This document shows positions 27,996-32,000 of a DNA stretch of 32,000 bases, in pieces. The stretch covers positions 4,920,001 to 4,952,000 of the forward strand of contig NC_008312.1 in assembly GCF_000014265.1 (NCBI RefSeq). The letters are read 5' to 3'. This stretch comes from Trichodesmium erythraeum IMS101. GTDB taxonomy: Bacteria > Cyanobacteriota > Cyanobacteriia > Cyanobacteriales > Microcoleaceae. Numbering within the stretch: the stretch's first letter is position 1; every line of letters starts with the position of its first letter. A program made the translations under genes and the position numbers. The notes below the pieces were generated by a model. That model was not told the origin of the DNA, ran no database searches, and saw nothing but the letters and a program-made list of their open reading frames with translations.

Positions 27996-29144
27996 TCATC
28001 CATTATTAGCTAGCCAGTTTTCTAAGTCTGCTATTATTGCTAAATCAAAAATTTCATCACCTAAAATATCTAACTTTTCCAAAGATAATTGCTCTATCTG
28101 AGTCTGAACTTCTGGAGGCACTTCCCCAAACTTCCGGCGAATTTGACGTTTAACTAATATTCTCATTCCTTCCTCTCTTCCAATTCCAATGCCTTCCTCC
28201 CGTCCAATTCCAATACCTTCTTCTCTTCCAATTCCAATACCTTCTTCTCTTCCAATTCCAATGCCTTCCTCCCGTCCAATTCCAATACCTTCTTCTCTTC
28301 CAATTCCAATACCTTCTTCTCTTCCAATTCCAATGCCTTCCTCCCGTCCAATTCCAATACCTTCTTCTCTTCCAATTCCAATACCTTCTTCTCTTCCAAT
28401 TCCAATACCTTCCTCACGCCCAATTTCTATACCTTCCTTTCTGGCTAAACTAATTTGTCCTTTCTTATCTCTAATCAACTTTTCTTGTTGCTCTAATTCC
28501 TCTAATTCTTCATTACTTAAGTTAGCCATATTTGCTATATTTAATGCTGACTCTATTTCTGATACCTCTTCTAAAGAGGAAGGTATTACTTCTAAATTTG
28601 GAGCCGAGCTAATAAAATATATCCACTTATCACTGAGGGTTTCTAATACTGACAATTCTTTCTTAAATTTGGGTAATTCTACAAACATTAAAGTTAATTC
28701 ATCTTGGTAATTAAACAACTCCGTCTCTTCTTTAAATCGGAATTTAGTAATCATTTTATCTGTGTTTTCAAATAAAACAAAATCGGCGATTGTTAAAGCT
28801 ACAAAAGGTGTCAACATCATATAACCTTGCCCTACCTCTAATTGATTTCCATAAGCTTTAGCTAGATTATAAATTACTCGTTTTTCAAAATCTTCTACGT
28901 TTAATACTTGCATTTCAATAATCACAGTAGAACCATTATCTAAAACTGCTTTTACATCTAAATAAGTCTCTTTAATAGTGTTCGTAACTCCAGGATTATA
29001 AGGATTAATTATTTCTAGAGATTGAATAATATTCTGATTATTATAAACTATAGCATTAAGAAAGCTAATGAGAATATTTTGACTGTGAATAGAACCAAAT
29101 ATTTTTTTAAAAGCAAAGTCGGTTTTAGGGCTAATAAATTTCAT
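27996..29144 (-). CDS. Rpn/YhgA-like PD-(D/E)XK nuclease-family protein, copy 3 (long repeat tract)
   Basis: Same as copy 1 apart from 11 octapeptide units, all encoding EGIGIGRE after the first EGIEIGRE. Confidence 0.85.
   Translation of the reverse strand: MKFISPKTDFAFKKIFGSIHSQNILISFLNAIVYNNQNIIQSLEIINPYNPGVTNTIKETYLDVKAVLDNGSTVIIEMQVLNVEDFEKRVIYNLAKAYGNQLEVGQGYMMLTPFVALTIADFVLFENTDKMITKFRFKEETELFNYQDELTLMFVELPKFKKELSVLETLSDKWIYFISSAPNLEVIPSSLEEVSEIESALNIANMANLSNEELEELEQQEKLIRDKKGQISLARKEGIEIGREEGIGIGREEGIGIGREEGIGIGREEGIGIGREEGIGIGREEGIGIGREEGIGIGREEGIGIGREEGIGIGREEGIGIGREEGMRILVKRQIRRKFGEVPPEVQTQIEQLSLEKLDILGDEIFDLAIIADLENWLANNG
28167..28442 (-). repeat. Coding 24-bp VNTR, copy 3 (11 units plus a partial)
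   Basis: The unit order on the + strand is A B B A B B A B B C, which is a 72-bp super-repeat. Confidence 0.95.
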
Positions 29145-29229
29145 AGTTATCTATTATTTTGCTGAACTAGTATAATTTATTTTACACTATTTCATTATAA
29201 TTAAAAAGCGATCGCTTAGGATTTAATTG

Positions 29230-29932
29230 GGATTTGGAATTGGTAAAAGAGATATTAACAGAATTAGAATTAATTTTAGATATTACAGAACAAGGTAGAG
29301 AAAGACCAAGTGAATATAAAAACCAAGAAAAATATCAAATATGAAAAAAGAAAAATCATACTTTTAAAAATCAAATAATAACGACACCAAAAAGAACAGA
29401 AATAGTGGATATAATAGTAGGGAAAAAAGATCCAGGAAGTGATGTAAAAATATTCAGAAAACAACCGGATAAACTTGATAAAAAACAAAAATTTTAAGGA
29501 GATAAAGCTGATGAAAGAGTAGAAATAACTACTACACCAAAAAAGAAACCAAGAAAAAAATAAATGCTACCAGAAATCAAAGAATAAAATCAAGAAAAAG
29601 CCAAAAAAAGAATATTTGTAGAATATGTAATAAGATTAATTAAAATATTTTTACTTCCTAGAGAAAGATTCAGATTAAAATATAATAATTATCCAAAAGT
29701 AATTTTAAAAATATGTGGTTTAGTGCGACTAATAATTAGCTAATGTATATTAGTAAAAATCATCAAAAACTGAGATAAAAACAATAAATCAAAATCTAAT
29801 AAATATTTGAATTAGTAAAACGAAGTATCTCTGATAACCATAAAACTGTACAAATTAACTATCTTCAAGGTGAGCGATCGCTCCACTAAAAATAGTTAGT
29901 ATAAGCTTGAGTATTTTTGGAGACGTCTATTA
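29230..29932 (+). mobile_element. 5'-truncated second copy of the decayed IS5-type element seen at 3062-4152
   Basis: Collinear with about 3500-4152: ...aaaaatcatacttttaaaaatcaaataataacg..., aaatatgtggtttagtgcgactaataa, gcgatcgctccactaaaaatagttagtataagcttgagtatttttggagacgtctatta. There is a right IR but no left IR. The left boundary abuts the tandem array. Confidence 0.6.
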
Positions 29933-29934
29933 GA

Positions 29935-30390
29935 GAAAACCAAACTATTGTAGTTGAGAATTTAGCCGCAGGTAACATGGTCAAAAACCATAAATTAGCT
30001 AGAGCAATAAGTGATGCTAATTTGGGAGAATGAGTCAGACAATTAAAATACAAAGCTGAATGGTATCGTCGTACATTAATAAAAATTGACAGATATTTTC
30101 TTAGTTCCGTCGCGTTGCTCTAACTGTAGTTATGTAGTAGAAAAATTACCTTTAAATATTAGAGAATGAGATTATTCTGAATGCGCTAGTCACCATGACA
30201 GGCAGATAAACTGCCATTTTCAACATTTTGGCTACCCGGCAGGCAGTGTTAGTCTGGGCCGCCGTCTTTATCCCTGAAGACAGTAAATTTCGGAGGGCAA
30301 GCGCTATGAAGCAGAAAGTCCCTAACAACAATGCTAGGACATCCCGCCCTGCCTTGAGTATAGAAGTGTCTGGAGGATGTCAACAGAAGA
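29935..30390 (+). pseudogene. IS200/IS605-family TnpB (OrfB) C-terminal remnant with the region where the omega-RNA/right end would lie
   Basis: ENQTIVVENLAAGNMVKNHKLARAISDANLGE*VRQLKYKAEWYRRTLIKIDRYF, then after a frameshift SRCSNCSYVVEKLPLNIRE*DYSECASHHDR (RuvC-II glutamate region plus a CxxC...CxxC zinc finger). Stops at 30031-33 and 30167-69. The N-terminal ~60% is missing, and the fragment begins directly at the IS5-type right end. Confidence 0.6.
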
Positions 30391-31720
30391 AGTAACTATT
30401 AATTATTGTAGACTTTCCATGACCAGGCTAGCCCTTGATAAGAGTTCTAAGGGGGAAATGACAGGATGGAAATAACAATAATATAGGGCTATTGATTTTT
30501 TCGAGGTATTGTGACCTCCAGGATATTCTTCAACTCTGCTAATTATCGAGTCTCTTTCTCTAATGAGGGTGGAGCTTCCTGGGAATTTGGGATCGATGAA
30601 TTATTCTACTTGCAAAAATTGTCTGAGGTGTTAGCGGAGGATGGTGGCGGTAGCAACATTGCCTATTTTAGGTTTTGCTCTTTTACTGGTATAGCCCTAC
30701 TGTTCCTCTAAAATGTTTGTTAGGCAGCTCATTGGTAGTTTACGATTTTTCCATCCAGGTTGCTCTGGTTCAGCCATAAAAATTATCTATGTTTCCCCCA
30801 TGTTTAATTTTTCTCCATGAAAGTTGTTTATTGGTCTTCAAAAATACAATTGACTTTGAGTATTTTGTTTTTTGTTGCTTCTATTCTAATTAGTTTCCAC
30901 TGGTTCAAGAAAGCATTTTTTTGAAATTGTTATTTATTAGTAACAGAGTGACTATTTTCTGCTTTTTTAGTGATGTAGAAAAATAATTTTTGACGGTAAA
31001 TTTGCCGTAAGTTTATATTATAAATAATTTTCAGTTTGTAGTCAATTATATTTAGTATTTCTTAGGTTGATGACCATTGCTTGTTCCCTATTCCTGAAAT
31101 AAGAAAGTTTTTTTTAGCTAAGATGAAAGGGATTTTTTTCGGCATAGTTAATTTTTTGAGTAGATTTATATTTAAGTTTTTATGGGTAATAAGGGTATGA
31201 TTGCTGGGGAATTAGTTTATTTGTTATTAGAGACCTCTCATTTTTTTTGAAGTATGTGTAATTTATGAGGGAAGTATTTTTAATGACATTTCTGAATAAA
31301 TAGAAGATGAAATATAGCAATATTTGGCTAGTTTAAATGGTTTTATTAAGTAATGAAAGTTTTTTATAAGGTGGGTTTAATCATTAGTTTAGAAAAAATA
31401 GATAAACTTAGTTTACTTAAGAAAATAGGTGGCGCGATCGCTCTTGATGAATTGTATAAATAAACTGGTTTTTCTTAATTTTAATATCTGGCTTTATTGT
31501 TTTTTAATGTGGTAAAATTAATGGTAAAAAAAATGTTTAAAAAAAAGTGTTTGCTAATAGTATTACTGATGTGGAGGGCATTGTTATTAGTACCGAAGTT
31601 ATTAATGAAGTTGGTTCCATTCTGAAGCGAAATGTGTTTCAATAGACTTGAAGATTAGTTGGTTATATAGTATTAAGGGTAAGTTTAAGATGTTTAAGGT
31701 GGATTTCTGGTGGGGTTGCT

Positions 31721-32000
31721 ATGGGTAATGAGGTTATGAGTGCTGGACAATTGTTGAAGCAGGCTAATCAGTTGAAGAGGGCTGGGAGGTTGGATGAGGC
31801 GATCGCTCTTTATTATCAGGTGATTGAAATTAATCCTAATTTTGCTTGGGCATATAATAATTTAGGAGATGCTTTAGTTAAACAGGGTAATTTAGACGAG
31901 GCTGTTGCTTACTACTTTGAAAGCTTAAAACTGAATCCAAATTCAGCTTGGTTACTTTATGGCTTAGGGGAAGCTTTAGCCAAACAGGGAAATTTAGAAG
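31721..32000 (+). CDS. TPR-repeat protein, N-terminal part (runs off the window)
   Basis: The ATG at 31721 opens a frame to the window end: MGNEVMSAGQLLKQANQLKRAGRLDEAIALYYQVIEINPNFAWAYNNLGDALVKQGNLDEAVAYYFESLKLNPNSAWLLYGLGEALAKQGNLE. This gives three canonical 34-aa TPR units. Confidence 0.75.
   Translation, partial: MGNEVMSAGQLLKQANQLKRAGRLDEAIALYYQVIEINPNFAWAYNNLGDALVKQGNLDEAVAYYFESLKLNPNSAWLLYGLGEALAKQGNLE

Larger units (their letters stand above)
25501..29214. repeat. Head-to-tail tandem array of three near-identical gene units (1125, 1296 and about 1293 bp)
   Basis: gacactttttccgagaattatatag starts at 25501, 26626 and 27922. Each unit consists of a spacer plus one Rpn-like gene. The array ends inside GCGATCG at 29208-29214. 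Outside the internal VNTR the units differ at only a handful of bases. Confidence 0.95.

Noticed and set aside
25747-28442. Possible CRISPR arrays, given the regularly spaced short repeats.
   Set aside because: The 24-bp units are contiguous with no unique spacers, lie inside a well-supported coding frame, and there are no cas genes. They are coding VNTRs.
25769-28710. Track ORFs antisense to or frame-shifted within the Rpn-like genes: 25769-26122 (+), 26893-27414 (+), 28189-28710 (+) encoding PIPIPSS repeats, and 26867-27127 (-), 28163-28423 (-) encoding KKVLELEE repeats.
   Set aside because: These are alternative-frame readings of the 24-bp VNTR. The repeat keeps several frames open by construction. 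The frame giving EGIGIGRE is the one continuous with the conserved PD-(D/E)XK and DUF4351 domains.
30511-30711. 66-aa ORF (VTSRIFFNSANYRVSFSNEGGASWEFGIDELFYLQKLSEVLAEDGGGS...) just past the TnpB remnant.
   Set aside because: It has a GTG start with no RBS and no recognisable family, and it is surrounded by non-coding debris. It could be a gene fragment, but I cannot support a call.
31228-31250. ttattagagacctctcatttttttt, which resembles the IS5-type left inverted repeat TAATAGACCTCTCCAAAA.
   Set aside because: Only about 12 of 18 positions match, and the following sequence has no similarity to the IS interior. This is probably a chance match.

Overview
AT-rich cyanobacterial chromosome segment. 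About twenty HIP1 GCGATCGC octamers are scattered through it. The gene set and heavy load of non-coding DNA and pseudogenes resemble a filamentous marine cyanobacterium such as Trichodesmium, but that organism call is inference only. Housekeeping genes: Mg-chelatase subunit ChlH; a divergent FutC/FutB-like Fe(III) ABC ATPase and permease pair; a divergent MntC/MntA-like metal ABC binding protein and ATPase pair with no permease gene; a family-2 glycosyltransferase; an LpxB-related protein; a GDSL lipase; a TPR protein cut by the window end. Accessory content: a 595-aa RTX-type Ca-binding repeat protein built on near-identical 270-bp tandem repeats; a head-to-tail triplication of a ~1.3-kb unit encoding an Rpn-like PD-(D/E)XK + DUF4351 protein, each copy carrying a coding 24-bp VNTR; a disrupted gene whose C-terminus resembles the colicin E3 rRNase domain; two decayed copies of an IS5-type element; TnpB and IS630 remnants; a decayed DUF433/PIN-like toxin-antitoxin pair; an ankyrin gene with an in-frame TGA. 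Heptamer repeats occur inside a coding region and as 3' hairpins. Two intergenic regions contain tandem duplications. I found no tRNA, rRNA or CRISPR array. The best candidate for something undescribed is the triplicated Rpn-like VNTR array. Next are the colicin-E3-like cassette and the duplicated operator-like module between futC and futB. All family assignments were made by eye from motifs and need HMM confirmation.
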